The translations under genes were made by a program, and so were the position numbers. Source: Octopus sinensis (lineage: Eukaryota). From it: a stretch of 64,000 nucleotides of DNA. How positions within the stretch are numbered: position 1 is the first letter of the stretch; each line of letters begins with the position of its first letter. Below the pieces are notes generated by a model. The model had not been told where the DNA came from, ran no database searches, and saw nothing but the letters and a program-made list of their open reading frames with translations. Below, piece by piece: positions 37,101-52,100 of this stretch. The stretch is taken from the NCBI RefSeq assembly GCF_006345805.1, contig NC_043017.1, positions 23,064,001 to 23,128,000 on the forward strand, read 5' to 3'.

Positions 37101-40100
37101 TCATCATCATCATTTAATATCAATTTTCCCATTCTTGCGTGAATGAGACAGATTTTATTTTATATAAATTGCATGTAGTCAATCACAGACGTCGCATGTC
37201 CTCTCAACATTTTAATACAATTATTTACTAACACTAATACAAAAGAGCTTTAGATTTTAGTTTTCTCTTTCTCTTTTAATCCAAAAAACTTAGTTCAATG
37301 TCTTCAAACTAATAAACTGAGTTAGTAGGGCATCAGACAGAATGCCTTGTGGTATTTGTTTCAAATCTCTGTGTGCTGAGTTCAAATCCAGCCAATACCG
37401 TGATTGTATGAGATTAAACTATTAAGGGAGGGTGTATAAAGGAGATGTAGAGTGAGAGTATACAAGATGAAGTATAGAAAGAGAAGTTATAAAAATGCAA
37501 CAAACCTTGAATTTCTTTGTGTTTACATTCCAGAGTGTTAAATCAGGAAACCCACTTCGAGTGTGACGTGGATTTTTGGCATACCTTCCAAAGATCCCTG
37601 CCAGAATCTTACCTTCCATACAACTAACCAAACCCTGGTATTAAATGAAAAAAATAATTAATCAAAATAGAAATAAATAAGAAGGAAACAAAATATTTTT
37701 CACACCCACCTGTGTACAGGTAAAAAAAAAAAGGGAGAGTTTTTATAAAGTAGAGCTTGACAGTGAAACAAAGAAGGGATAATGAGCGGCATGAGGGTGT
37801 TAGCACTGACTAAGCAAGCTTATGAACAAAGATGGCCCAAATATGACCACCCCATCATTTCTTTCCCAGGCATTGTGTACTCCACATTGTACAACAATAA
37901 AGTGTCCTTTTTTTAAGAAAGTAGAATGTGAATCAGGGGACATCTGGACAATATTTCTAGCAGGTCGTGGTAGGAAAGGTTGTTTAACCCCAGGTCAGCC
38001 CTGATCAAGTAGGTCCATGATCAAAGATATTCCAACCATGACAGTGTATACTGAGTTCAAACACCAGGTAATTAGTGCCACTATACATTTACACACATAC
38101 ACACAATGGGCTTCTTTGAGTTTCCATCAACCAAATCCAGTCACAAGACTTTGGCCAGCCTAGAATTATAGGGAAAGACACTGGCTCAAAGTGCCATCGA
38201 GTGGGACTGAACCCAAAACTATGTAGCCGGAAAGCAAACTTCTTACCACAAAGCCACAACTATTGATTCATAAGGATTTTCATGCATAAGCTTAAGGCCA
38301 TGAATTTCAGGTGGATGAACAACAGGTAATTATTTTATCAAATCTGGAGGGATGAAAGACAAGGGCACAGTTTGAACTCAGAATGTAGAGGTTTGAAACC
38401 AAACTACATTAAACTATTTAGCCTAGCAACCCAACATCTCTGCCAATCTACTATACTTCCAACAATATTGAAGACAATGAGGAAACTAATATGAAGTCAT
38501 TCAGCATGTTAGAAATGAGAACCAAGTCTTCCAAATGCACCCTGCAGCCTTGAAAAGGAAGGGACACATAGGATAAAGCAGCCCTAGATACACAATGTCC
38601 GAGAGAAGGATGGGATAGTCATTGCTAGAATGCTTTTGAGCAGTCAAGACTGACCAAGGGCTAAACAATAACATTGTTTGTAGCCCCTGAATGAAAATAG
38701 TTGAGCTGACTTTGTGCTTTAGTGGCTACCATCCTGCATTTGTCTTTGTTCTTCAGACATAATGAATAATAATAATGGGTTCGTGTTTTGCCACAAGGGC
38801 AGCAATTTTGGGGGAGGGGATGAGTCAATTACATCAACCCCCAGTGTTCAACTGGTGCTTATTTTATCGACCCCAGAAGGATGAAAGACAAAGTCAACCT
38901 CAGTGGAATTTGAACTCAGAACATAGCGATGAGCAAAACGCTACTAAGCATTTTGTCCACTGCGCTAACAATTCTGCCAGCTCACTGCAATAATAATAAT
39001 AATAATAATAATAATTTCTTTACTTATATATATATATATTTCTTTACTTTAATAATAATAATAATAACAATAATAATAATAATTATTATTATTATAATGA
39101 AGTTATTACATACAACACTCAGGTGCACTAAAATTCATGAGAAAATGCATGAACAGTAATTAGAATAATGCACAGGAATTGAACAGAGGATAAGTTTCCC
39201 TAGGACTGCACTATGCAATGTGTTCTGTTTTTGATGATAGCATGATGTGATAGGAAGGAGATGTTGCTGTTATCTCTAACGCATCTAGTGACTCCATTGT
39301 TAGCACAGATATTAATGATTTCTTCTGATTGTTGTGTCTCCTTAAGTAAAAGAATGGAAATAGAAAGAGATGAAGTGGAAGCGAGAGAGAAGAATGACAA
39401 AACAGTTTCAGCTGTTTCTATGGTAACAAATGTAAACAAACCTGCAATTCGGAAACTGAATTAAACATCTCCCACTTGCCACCTGCAAACATGCAGCCAT
39501 AATTGTCTTCCCACACTTTTGTTATTTGCTCATTTAGTTCCTGCAAGAAGAAACACAAAATGATTGAACAATTTAACAAATCATGGCTGAGATGACTGGT
39601 GATACACTGTACTTGAGAAGATACTTCCACCTCAAAAAAATGAGGCCCTGTCTAGCCTTACCCCACAGTGTATCCCCACTACTGTCCCTTGTCACTACCC
39701 ACCTCTATTTCCTTCCTTCACTTCCTCTCCCTCAAACTGATATTTACTGCATCCAACTAAATTCCTATCTCTAATCATTAATCATACTTTTCACTCTAAA
39801 GCATTTACCAACCCACCCACAACCTTTGTTCCCTATTCTAATCTCTCTTCATATTCACCAGGTACCTTGTATCTCTCTCTCCAGGTGGGGAAGCCATGTA
39901 TTCACCTTCAACAAGATACCTGCTCTTATTCCCCACCCCTCACATACTTTCATATCCCTCAATATGAAGAGCCTTGTCTTACAAATACCTAGTAAACTCA
40001 TCAGTACTGGTGCCATGAAAAAGCACCCAGTACCCTCTGTGAAGTGGCTGGCATTGGAGCTTGGCAAAGACATCTGGCTTGTCAGTTCATTTCGAACAAT

Positions 40101-43100
40101 GCAATCCATGCCATGTAAAAAGCACTTGGTCCACACTGTGAGGTGATTGGCGTTTGGGAGAGCATCTAGCAGTAGAAACCAAGCCAAAACTGACCTCGCC
40201 TATGCTGGTTTCATGTAAAAAGCACTCAGTCCACTCAGTGGGGTGGTTGGTGTTAGGAAGGGAATCCAGTCGTAAAAAAAAAAAAACTATGCCAAAACAG
40301 ACACAGAAACTTGGTGTTGTCTTCTGCCAGACCAGCTACTATCAAACCATCCAACCCATGCCAGAATGGAAAGCAGACATTAAACGATGATGATGATACA
40401 TATGGATGGATGGATGTTGTACATGACACAAAGTGTATTAAAAGAATCTAAGATGAATTTAATGTAGCTAAACAATAGCTTCAAAATCTGGGTCCATAGC
40501 AAATCTGGGTCCATTTTAAACAACTGAGGTCTCTACATGATTGTAAGACTTGCGACAAACAGCAGCAAAATGTCCTTCAAATCACTCAGCCAGCAAAGGG
40601 TACGTTGCATAAAGGTGGTCCTAGGTTCCGCGAACGTAAGAAAAAGACAGGGTGGTCATAGGTGGACTGCTTTTGGTCATATGTGTGACCTAGGGCTAAA
40701 GTACAGCATCACAAATTATCACAGCAGGTTTGAAGATAGCCTTTAGGAGAAAATACTGTAAGGTTATCCGACATTATCTCTGGGATATGGAAGCAAGGGA
40801 GACAACTCTGAACGTTTTCATATTTTTTTTGCTTTTTCAAGAGCGAAAAATTGGATAATTTGATAATTTAATGCATAAAGAGACACTGAGCATGCGTCAC
40901 AGACCATCTTCAGTTATATCTGCACACACAAAATATAAAATACACACACACACATTACAGATAGAGAGAATGTGGGAAAGGGGGGGTGGATCAATAAGTA
41001 AGAAAAGTGAATAGGATTGAAGAATATTTCTGTTCAGGTAGTCAAGTGATTGACTTTAATGTCTCACAACTGACAGGAAGAAGGTACCGTAAATCCTCGA
41101 GTATAATCTGCATCCCCCCCCCCCAATTTAAAGGTCAAAATCCCTAGTGCGTACTATATACGAGGTTAAAAATGAAAATTATGTTCTAAGCAATGTCCGA
41201 GTCTCTATTTGCTGTCCGGCAATGTTTATTCAGACGCATTTTGTGATGTCGGACGCGAAAATACCTTAAGCTAAGCCTGAAAGCAATGAAGTCATAAAAG
41301 GATCGTCCAAAACTTGTAGTAAGCAACATTTATTAAAATAAAAGTATTCAGAACACAGAATAACATATAACAAAACAATTCGCAAACATATTTACATTCC
41401 CATATAACAGTTAAGAACATCACCATTATTGTATTACGCATGCGCAGAGGTGTTTGTTCGACTAGGTGCTGCTGGCTTAATTACGCACGACTCAAGTTAG
41501 AGAAGGGGTGCGTATAATACACAAGGTTTAGGTTTTTCAGAAGTACAGCCCGCTAAAAATCCCCTACATATTATACTCAAGGGTGGACTATACTCGAGGA
41601 TTTATGGTAAATATATACGCACACACGCACAAAGCCTCACCTGTAGAGATGCAGTGGAGATGAATTGCAAACGCTCATCAATTGCTTCTTTTCTGTTTAA
41701 ATAGAAGTCAGGAGACGCCATGTCGAGGGGACATGCTTGAAAGGGACTAATGAAGACATCGGGTAGGTCCATGTAAAGGATATCGAAGAAGAACAGAGCA
41801 AAAAGGAAATGCATAATGGAACCTTCAGCATGCAGACCTGCAACACAAGACAAACGACGTGAAATTAATCAACATGACATTTAATTAAATAACATCTTCA
41901 TTAACACTTGACCTACACAATTTAACTGCTAAATCTCTCACAACATCAGAAGTAAAGAAACTGAATTTGTTGACAAGAATCCCCTAAATTCCATCTGCAT
42001 CATTGGGCAGTTTTACCAAGGTGCATGGCCTAGTGGTTAGGGTGTTGCACTCATGATCGCAAGATCACGGTTTCCATCCTCACACCGGTTATGTGTTGTG
42101 TTCTTGAGCAAAACACTTCCTTTCACATTGCACAGTCCATTCAGCAGTAAATGGATAACCTTGTGACAGAGGTTTTGCAAGATGTAAATGGAACCTCCAG
42201 TGATGGAGGTTTTTGCAAGCTACGTTTTGCATCCAGCAATCGAAAGGATGAATAGTCGAACCCATAATGTGAATCCCAACTGGTTGGGATTGGTTCGTTC
42301 AACCAAGTCAAAGGTTGACTGACTGATTTACCAAGTGAGGACAAAATCCTGTGTTAGCATTAAGTTTCTTACCTTGTGGATAGCCATTGTTCTTGTAATG
42401 ATTAAGAACAAGAATTTCAACAGGACACATTACTACATCTTCAGAGGAAGTACCATCTGTCGCATCGTAATTATTAGTAATAAACTGATACCTGACACCA
42501 GGTAAACCACATTCTAATGTTTTACCAGTGATGAATACCTGAAATATTAAATAAATACACCACTGTTTATTATTTTTATAATTAAGCATTTGGTTCACAA
42601 CATCTCAATAAGCAGTTCATGTTATTTTGTTATTTCCATTTATCTTCACTGTTTGACATTTATTTTTCCCTATTTGAAGGCATGGTTGTGTGGTTATGAG
42701 GTTTGCTTCCCAAGTAGATCCTTTAGGGTTCAGTCCCACTGCAAGGCAACTTGGGTAAGAGTCTTCTATTATAGACCTAGGCTAACCAAGACCTTGCAAG
42801 TGACTCTGGTGGATGGAAACAGAGAAGCCCATCATATGTGTGCTTAGCGAGAAAGAGAGTGTAATTTGTTCTGTCCAAGTTGCACAAACTGACCCCCTTT
42901 AATGCAGTGAATCAATGAAAAACTGGTTCGTTAAGGAACCTGTAACCAACTTCACAGTTCTTCAGCAAATACAATATAGACACAATACTGCTGACCTTAG
43001 TGTATTACAATTAATATTGATCCCAGGAGGATGGTAGTCAGTGTTAAATTCTGTAAGAATTGAACTAAAAATAGCAAGATATAAAACTAGGCATCCATTT

Positions 43101-46100
43101 ATATTACTGTTACATCCATTTAGATTACCCTATAAAGAAATCAAAACAAACAAAACGAATATATTAATTAAAGTAATTAGAGGTACAACATTAATTTTCT
43201 GGAACCTTTGGGACCAAAGTCTTTCAGGCTAAGTGGTTTTTCTAAAATATGGTAGTCACCCTGGTCAGCACTCACAAGGCCAGTAGTTTGGTGGGGAGGG
43301 GCTAAAGTCAATTAAATCAACCCCAGCACTCAACAGGTACTTATTTTATCGACCCCGAAAGGATGAAAGATAAATCCAACCCCAGCAGAATTTGAACTCA
43401 GAACCTAAAGATGGACGAAATGCTATAAAGCATTTCACCCGGCATGCTAACGACTCTGTTAGCTGACCACCTTAAATTAAACATATATTAAATTTATGAA
43501 AAGAATTAATTGAAATACAGGTATCAGGGTAAATTAGTGCAAACTATAAGAGGTTCTGAACCATCAGTTAGTGTTGTACCTGTAATTGGTAAAATAGAAG
43601 AACTCATTCAGCTGTAAAGGTGTGAAACATACCTTAGGAGCTTCAACAACAGGTTCATGTTTGAGCTTCTTTAATCTTTTGTGCCAGCGAGATTTGGAAT
43701 CTTTGCAAATTTTTTCTGCTCTTAAATATAAAGAATATCTATGGCCAACAGAAACCAAAGAGTCCTTCAGACCTTTTTCTATTATGTCCAGAGCCTGGAA
43801 ACAAAACAATAACAAAAAGAAAATTAATAAATTTTAACATATAAACACACATACATGTGCATATATGCATGCAAACACACACTCACACAAACACACACAT
43901 ACATACATACACACATATTATATATGGTGAACAGGCATTGGATCATCAGATGGAAGTTACCTGGTGTTTCATATTCTTGCTTGCGTAATGGGACCCTGAG
44001 GCGTCACCATGTGTAGAGCCAACCAGGTCCACCAGTGATCTCCATCACTGATAGCCCCATGCTAGTCCCTCTGCATCCTCTAAGCTGATGCTGAGCCTCT
44101 GGAGACCCAACGGTCAGCTGCTGCCTCGAATGAGGTCAACTTTGCCTTCCATCCTTTCATAGTCAATAAAATACAAATGCAAGAAAGTAGACTGGTGGAA
44201 TCGGTAGAGCATCAAATGTGTCGTCATGCAGTTTTGGTCCTGGATGTTCACAGTTTGACAACAACACCTACAACATTCACTCTGTGCACACGATTAGACT
44301 CGGAAAGTTTGTGAGGAACCCATTGACCCAATTTGTGCTGACTTTTCCAATGGCATGCAGGCATCAATGAATGGTTGAATGACCAAATCCAAGCTTCTCT
44401 GTTAGTTCCTGAACAGTTACGATGGGATTTTGTTGCACCAGAGTTTGCAGGACATCCTTGTCGAGCTCTACAGATCTTCCAGGACATGGCTCAGCTTCTA
44501 AGCTGTAGTTTCCGGCTCAGAATTTCTGGAACCACCATTGACACTGGCTTACACTTATTGTCCAATCCCCATATACTACATTAACATTCCTCGCCAAATA
44601 TGCTCCTTTGTCACTTCCATTATAGCTTTGGAAAAATATGTTAAAATCGAACTGCACTCTTCAAAACTTGCACTAAGAATTAGGACAAGATAAACTTACT
44701 GCCTGCTTTTATAGCATGTTGATGCAGGCAATTTATCCTGTCTCCCTCCAACTTTTAGTTCATGCAACTGAAAAGACTGCATTATTTATAGGATAAGCCA
44801 ATATATCTTACAACGAACTACAGTATGTTTGATTTGCCTGCCATCATTGAAAGATGTTGAAAATACTTCTGAAATTCTATGCAATATTTTCTGTATTTTA
44901 TTTTGTTCACTTTCTTTTTCATAATCATGAATATTATTTGAACAATCATTTATTTAGTCATATGCAAATTTTACTCATGTGTTTGGCGTAGACATCGATC
45001 AAGTCTACTTTTAGCTGTCATCTATTTTGGCTTCTAATCCTCTTTTAGTCAAACACTTACAAAGGTTAATTCAGTTCAATTAAAACGTGTGGATAAGCAA
45101 CACGTGGCAAGCCACACTATAATTTGAGAAAAAATTCATCTGTGCACAAGGTATGCATCGCTCCTCGGGTGCCTTTTTTATGTCATGAGTTTTCTCCTTG
45201 TTACAGTTTAACTCCCACCACCACCACCACTAAGTCAGTCCAGATCAAGCAGGAGGAGAGGGGGGAAGGAGAGAGGGAGGGAAAGGAGAGGGGAGGAGTA
45301 GGGCAGCTGAAAGGGAAAACATGGAAACTTTGTTTTCAAAAGAACAAGACTAATTGCTCTACCTTGCCTGGTGACCGCAAATGTTGGTCCAAGTTCAAGG
45401 CCAATCGATCGTACCAACGGCCTCTGTGGCTGCAGCCATATAAGTCCTGGGAGAGTAACTCCTCTAATATCACAACAGCTTCTTTGTAGTTCCTTTGTCT
45501 TTGAAGTAATTCAACCCCTTGGAAGAGGATATGGGAACAAACATACCCAGTGGTACAATGTCTCAGAAATAGGGGTAGTTTCTTGTCCCACCTAAACAAA
45601 CAAAAATAACAAAAGATAGCATGATAGCAACAGCATTAATGAGTTTTTACCAGGGTGTACTATGCCACCCTCCTGTGGTATCTACTTATTGCTAAGTAGA
45701 TCATAGCACCATCTTGGGTACCTACTTACAGCTAAGTGAACTATACCATTCTATAGTACCTAATTATCGCTAAATGAACTCTACAACTATCCTATGGTAC
45801 CTACTTAATGGACTATACCACTCTGTTGTAACAATTCATTGCTAAGAGGACTGTACCATTCTACAGCTACTTTTGACTAGACTATACTACTATCTTATGG
45901 TACCTACTTATCACTAAATGGACTATGCCAGTAATGCTCATCAAGGCCCAGACAGACCGCAAGTGTTCCAAACCAAAGTTACGGTGGTCCTTAAGTGGAA
46001 TTATAAGGCCTAAGATGTCACTATTTTTACATAAGACAATCTAAAATCTTAATTATAAGTAAATTTACATGTATTTAATTATATAGTGTTTGATTAATTT

Positions 46101-49100
46101 CTTTGACTTTGCCTGTGCTTGTGCCATGTGAAAAGCACTAAGTCCACTCTGCTGAGTGGTTGATGTTAGGAAGGGCATCCAGCCGTAAAAATCTTACCAA
46201 AACAGTTGCAGAGGCCTGATGCAGGCTTCTGCCTGGTCGGCTCCTGTCAAACCATCCCACCCACGCTGGCATGGAAAGCTGATGTTAAGCAATGATGATG
46301 ATGATTGTTTTGTTACACAAGTCCTTCTAATTTTGGCACAAGGCCAGCAAATTTGAGAGGAGGCAGGAAGTCAATTACATAAAACCCAGTACTTAACTGG
46401 TACTTATTTTATTGGCCCCCCCAAAGGATAAATGAGAGTCAACTTCAGCAGGATCTGAACTCGGAACCGAAAGAAATTCCACTAAGCATTTTCTCCAATG
46501 TGCAAACAATTCTGCCAGCTCATCGCCTTAATATAATTAAAAGTAAATTTATATTTGGGGGTCCTTGAAGTTTTGCTCATGAATTTTGGGGGCCACAATT
46601 TGAAAAAGGTTGTTTGTCACTGAACTATACCATCATCCTGGAGTAACTACTTGAAATGAAGTAGATTTTGCTAGTCAGCAGAACTTTCTTCCAGTTAAAT
46701 GGACCATCTCAGCCAGTGGTTCCTAAATCCAGTGCCAGGGGGCAGAATATAAAATACTGACCACTTAATTTAGTTATTCAACATCTAATCAACTCAGCCA
46801 TCTTTTACCAAGCTGGCAGAAACGATAGTGCACTGGGCAAAATGCTTAGCGGTATTTCATCTGCCGTTACGTTCTGAGTTCAAATTCCGCCGCAGTCCAC
46901 TTTGCCTTTCATCCTTTTGGGGTCGATAAATAAAGTACCAGTTTCGCACTGGGGTCGATGTAATCGACTTAATACCTTTGTCTGTCCTTGTTTGTCCCCT
47001 CTATGTTTAGCCCCTTGTGGGTAGTAAAGAAATATATATAACTAACACATTTATTCCTCCATATATAGTATAACTGATCCAATGAGGGAGCTTTACAGGG
47101 TTGCTTGATATGCTAGAAATAGCAAGCAAATCTCCTACAAATTATATTCTACAGTCTCAAATAAAGAAGCAAAGCATAAAAAATAATTTGTCTTTGGATT
47201 TCTTCCAACTTCTCAGAACAAATTACACTCTTAAGAATCTTGGTCTGGGAGACTCATCAGTTTGACTGGCACCGCAATTGTCCATAGGACCTGTGACCAT
47301 AGACGAGAAAGTAGCAATTGAAAGACATTTGTCTGAGCAAGCCTGACCAGATGATGATGATGATGATGATGATGACAAATGCAAACAAACAAACACACAC
47401 AAGTTTAAAGAGAGAGAGAAAAAAAATAGTTTTCAAAGAAAACTTACATTTTTATTCTTTTGTCCTTTTTGTTTTCATCGTAGAGCATTTTGGCTTTGAG
47501 GTAGACTTCATAGGCACCAGACAAATCCTTCTTCTCCATTCTGGAGACCATCTCACTGTCCAGTTGAATAGCATCACCATACCTAGGAAAATACCAGAAG
47601 AACACAGAATTAGGGGAAGCAGGGTAGTAAAGTATGGAGGACTGCACAAACCAAGATATCCCAATTGTAACCCAGTTTAGTTTTACTTGATTTTATGTAA
47701 TAGCCGAGACAGTAGTTACTTGTTTGTTTCATATAATCGTCAGAAACCCATTACTTTGTTGGTTTTGTAAAGTATGGAAGCCTGTACTAACCAAAATATC
47801 TAAACAGTAATCCAGTCAGGTTTCACTAGATTTTATGTAATAGTCAAAATAGTAGTTAGTCATGCATATTTTGTGCATTCTTCAGAGAATCCCATACCTC
47901 TTTCAGCTGAGTAACACCAAAGAACTGGCCTTCATAAAAGAATTTCTAACGAACATCACTGTTTCATCATGACTGTTCTATTGCTCAACAGGGTCAGTCA
48001 TCTCCCACACCCTCCCTCATCACTGTTCCACTCAATCCCACCAACCCTCTTTTCTAAAATGAGAATAGTCATGCAGCTCCTCCAGCCCCCACCCCCACCT
48101 CAGGATTCATAGTATTGCAATACTAAATGGCCTCAATAGTTCTAGTGACACAAAACAGCACCCAGGACACTCTGTAAAGTGGTTGGCATTATGAAGGGCA
48201 TCCAACTGTAGAAACCATGCCAAAACAGGCATTGGAGCATGATGCAGTCTTCGGGTCTTTGGGACTATAGGAGTCTGTCGAACTGTCCAACCCATACCAG
48301 TAATGGAATATGCACATGTGATGACAATTATCCCATTTCAAAAGGGTCACAGGCACTGCCCTTCCCCACTCTGACTTAACTGAAAAAAATTAGAAGCAAA
48401 AATATGTAAACAAGAGTATTAATGAGGTTTTTTTTTTGTTTTTCTTACCTGATTAAGTCATTTCTTGATTGAAAGATTTCTGTTTGTCTGTGAATTTTAT
48501 AACTGGGGAACACAACACGACCAATGTTTACTTGCAGCATCTGAAACCTGAAAATTCAGAACTTGAGTAAATATTCTAACAGGTGATATGGCCATGTGGC
48601 AGCAGCACTGAGTTAACATTTACTCGTTGGCATAAATTCTTGTCATAGATGGGACAGTTTGCTAGTGTGTATTGATTGCTGTCCCTTGCTCGTTTCGTTG
48701 TGAGGTGTCTTCTCAGAGAGGGGCCAGAGTAGGCTAGTTGTATATGTTGCTGGGTTTTCTGGGTTTTCGGCGTGTTGGTCGCCTTGGGTACTTAAGTCGA
48801 TTTACAATGGATATAGGGTACCTGTTTGTTTTCAATATTTGTAGGAAGCATATAGTGTGGGTCACCTTGTCCTCTGTCCTACTACACTTGCTTTGGATGT
48901 GTGCAAGTTCATTTCTGGATAGAGATAGGGGAGTATTGTAGTTCGCTCAAAGCATTGTGTATTGTTTGAAGCAGCACTACGCATGTGCCAGCACACACGA
49001 GCTTGAGACATGGCTCAAACAGTTATTATAGTCCATTGTTATTATTAGATTGCATTGTTGTGCCATTCAAAACAGATTATTTTTTTACAAACAATACACA

Positions 49101-52100
49101 GTGTTTCAAACGAATTACAATACTCTCCTATCTCTACGCTTGGGCCAGGCTGAGTTTGCGACCGCTAGGGAGTTAATCAAGCCATCAGAGAAATGTGCTA
49201 AAATCGGATGCCAAATAAACTTTCTTAAACACTGCCTAAAAAACAACATAATTCAACACCAACAGAAGCATGCATCTACCCACATAGATATATTCATATA
49301 CATATATATACATACACATTTAATAATAATGATGTATTATTTACATATTAAATAAAGACACAAAAGCCAGCAATTTATCCTTTGTAGGGATAAAAGGCAA
49401 ACGTGATCTCAGGAGGATTTGAACAGAGAATAGGAGCTGGAACAAATACTGCAAAGTATTTTAATAATATTTTCGAATTTTGGCACAAAGCCAGCAATTT
49501 GGGGGGGGGGGCAGGTAAGTTAATGACACTGACTCCAGTGTCCAACTTGTACTTATTTCATCGACCCTGAAAGGATGAAAGGCAAAGTCAACCTTGGCAG
49601 AATTTGAATGTAAAGATGAACAAAATGCCGCAAAGCATTTTGCCTCGCATGCTAAAGATTCTGCAGCTCACTGCTTTATAATAAAAAAATAAGAAGCCTT
49701 TCTACTAAAGGCACAAGGCCTGAAATTTTGGGGAAGGGGGGCTAGTCGATTACATCGACCCCACCAGTGCTCAACTGGTACTTATTTCATTGACCTCAAA
49801 AGGATGAAAGGCAGAATCTGAACTCAGAATGTAAAGACAGATGAAATGTCGCTAAGCATTTTGGCTGACATGCTAGCATCTCTGCCAGCTCACCAATAAT
49901 AATAATGATAAATGTCGTCCTTTTCAAGCCTAGTCAGGCTCATGGGCCTGGTTTCCCGGTTTCTGTGGTGTATGAGTTTCCCCAAGCTGGACTGGATGCC
50001 AGTCCATCGCAGCATGACTCAAGAAACAGGAAGAGAGAGTGAGAGAAAGTTGTGGCGAAAGAGTACAACAAGGGTCATCAGCACCCCCTACCAGAGCCTC
50101 GTGAAGCTTTCAGGTGTTTTTGCTCAATAAACACACACAACGCCCAGTATGGGGATTGAAACCGTGATCCTCTGACCGTGAGTCCGCTGCCCTAACCACT
50201 GGGCTATTGTGCCTCCACCTTACTCAAGAAACAGGAAGAGAGAGAGTGAGAGAAAGTTGGGGTGAAAGAGTACAACAGGGGTCACCACCACCCCCTACCA
50301 GAGCCTTGTGGAGCTTTTAGGCGTTTTCGCTCAATAAACACACACAACGCCCAGTCTGGGAATCGAAACCGCGATCCTCCGACCGCGAGTCCGCTGCCCT
50401 AACCACTGGGCCATTGTGCCTCAACTTCAACAATAATAACAAGAGCAATATGAAAATTAGCAACTTACAATTGTGCAGAAATTGCACCACCAGTTTCATC
50501 ATCCATAGAGTTCACACACAATGAGAACAGAGTTAACAAACGTACAAAGACAGAGCGATGAGATTCCACTAACTTAAAGCAAGCTCCAAGAAGTTTTTTG
50601 GCACTGTAACAAATCAAACAAACAACAATTAGAATTTACGAAATAATCCTAGAAATGGTTACAGAAATTTCAACTTTCAATGTTGTCGTTGTTGATGGTG
50701 TTTTTTAATTCCAGTTCAATGCTGATGGAACAGCAGACATAAGTCTAGACTAACAGACCTAAGTCTGGAACAGTAGACTTATAAGACAGACATTCCAGTG
50801 TGTTCTTTCCTCAGACGTAAATTATTTTTTCAGAGATGGTCAGGTGTGATCTGAGGGTGATTTGACTGCTATTTCTTTAGGAATTAGACAGAAAGGCCAC
50901 TCAGTTAGCTGTTATCAACTCGTTCACCGCGGAAAGTGTAATCTCTCGAAAGAGCTGTTCTTCACTCCTGCTCCAGAGCGTCGGCTGCGGGGTCACTCCG
51001 AAAAGCTCTATCAGTGACGATTTCATCTCAATCGAAGGAGAGGGGCTTTCTCTGTCCGGGTTGCAGATCCGTGGAATAAGCTGCCAGACGAGATAGTGAA
51101 GATGCCGACGACCGCTCGGTTCAAAGTCTCTCTTGACCAGAAATGGCCTGAACTCTTTGCATGAACACCCTCCCTGTACATAACTCCATGTCCCCCTACA
51201 TGGCCATGCTTTTTGCTTTTTGAGCTAAAAAATTAACTTTAACACACCAACAGCTGGCCCACAGACATGCTGCCTCTTCTCTCTAGCTTTTCTACCAAGA
51301 CTACAGATATCTTTGACTTGAAAAACGAGTAAAGGTTAGCAACAGGAAGGGCATGTGGTCATAAAACAATGCCTCAATAATATATTCATCTAACCCATGT
51401 TAGTTTGGATAAACACAAGTAAAAACAAATTAACTATATGACTGGTTAAATGTCCCCTTCACTCAGACATTCTCCAATCACTCATCTCTCCTCCACTTGT
51501 CACCCATACTGTATTCCCTTCCTGGGACTTACAGTAACAACTGCACCATATCCTCCTTCCCTCCCCTGAATATCATCCCTCTGGAATCTCCTCCCTGCAC
51601 ATGATTTTCCTGCAGCAATAAACTTCATAAAAAAACATTAGCTAAGCCAATCTCAGAGGATCTGTAAAAGTCACAGCCCCTGCTTCAATGTAAATAAAAA
51701 CCTTTATATCCCCCCCCCCACCGCCACTTTTCCCATTACAATAAAACAAAAGTGTTACCGATTCATCATTGATTTCTCCACAGTTTGCAATCCATTTGGT
51801 TCAAAGAGAGATCTGACAGACTTTTGTTTGCAGTGCTTCAGTAAAAGGTCGACTATTTGTACCTTGGTCTGGTTGGAACAATTATGGTAAAACGACTTGG
51901 CAACTGTTCTCAAATCTGCAGAAGACAAGAGGTGTAGCGTCTCCTCCAGGTCGGTCAGGTCTTGTTCTGAAAATGAAATACATGCTACTATAACAGACAA
52001 GAACAAAATGATACAGTTTGTTAAAAGTTGAAATGCAGAGGGTCATAGGAAAGGCTTTGCACTATTCTGACTATTCCTTTGTTCTGAATTCAAATCTTGC

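Noticed and set aside
50340-50415. tRNA genes (also 4850, 13026, 25412, 61100)
   Set aside because: A/B-box heads run into repeated non-tRNA bodies and lack a closing acceptor stem; they are SINE heads.
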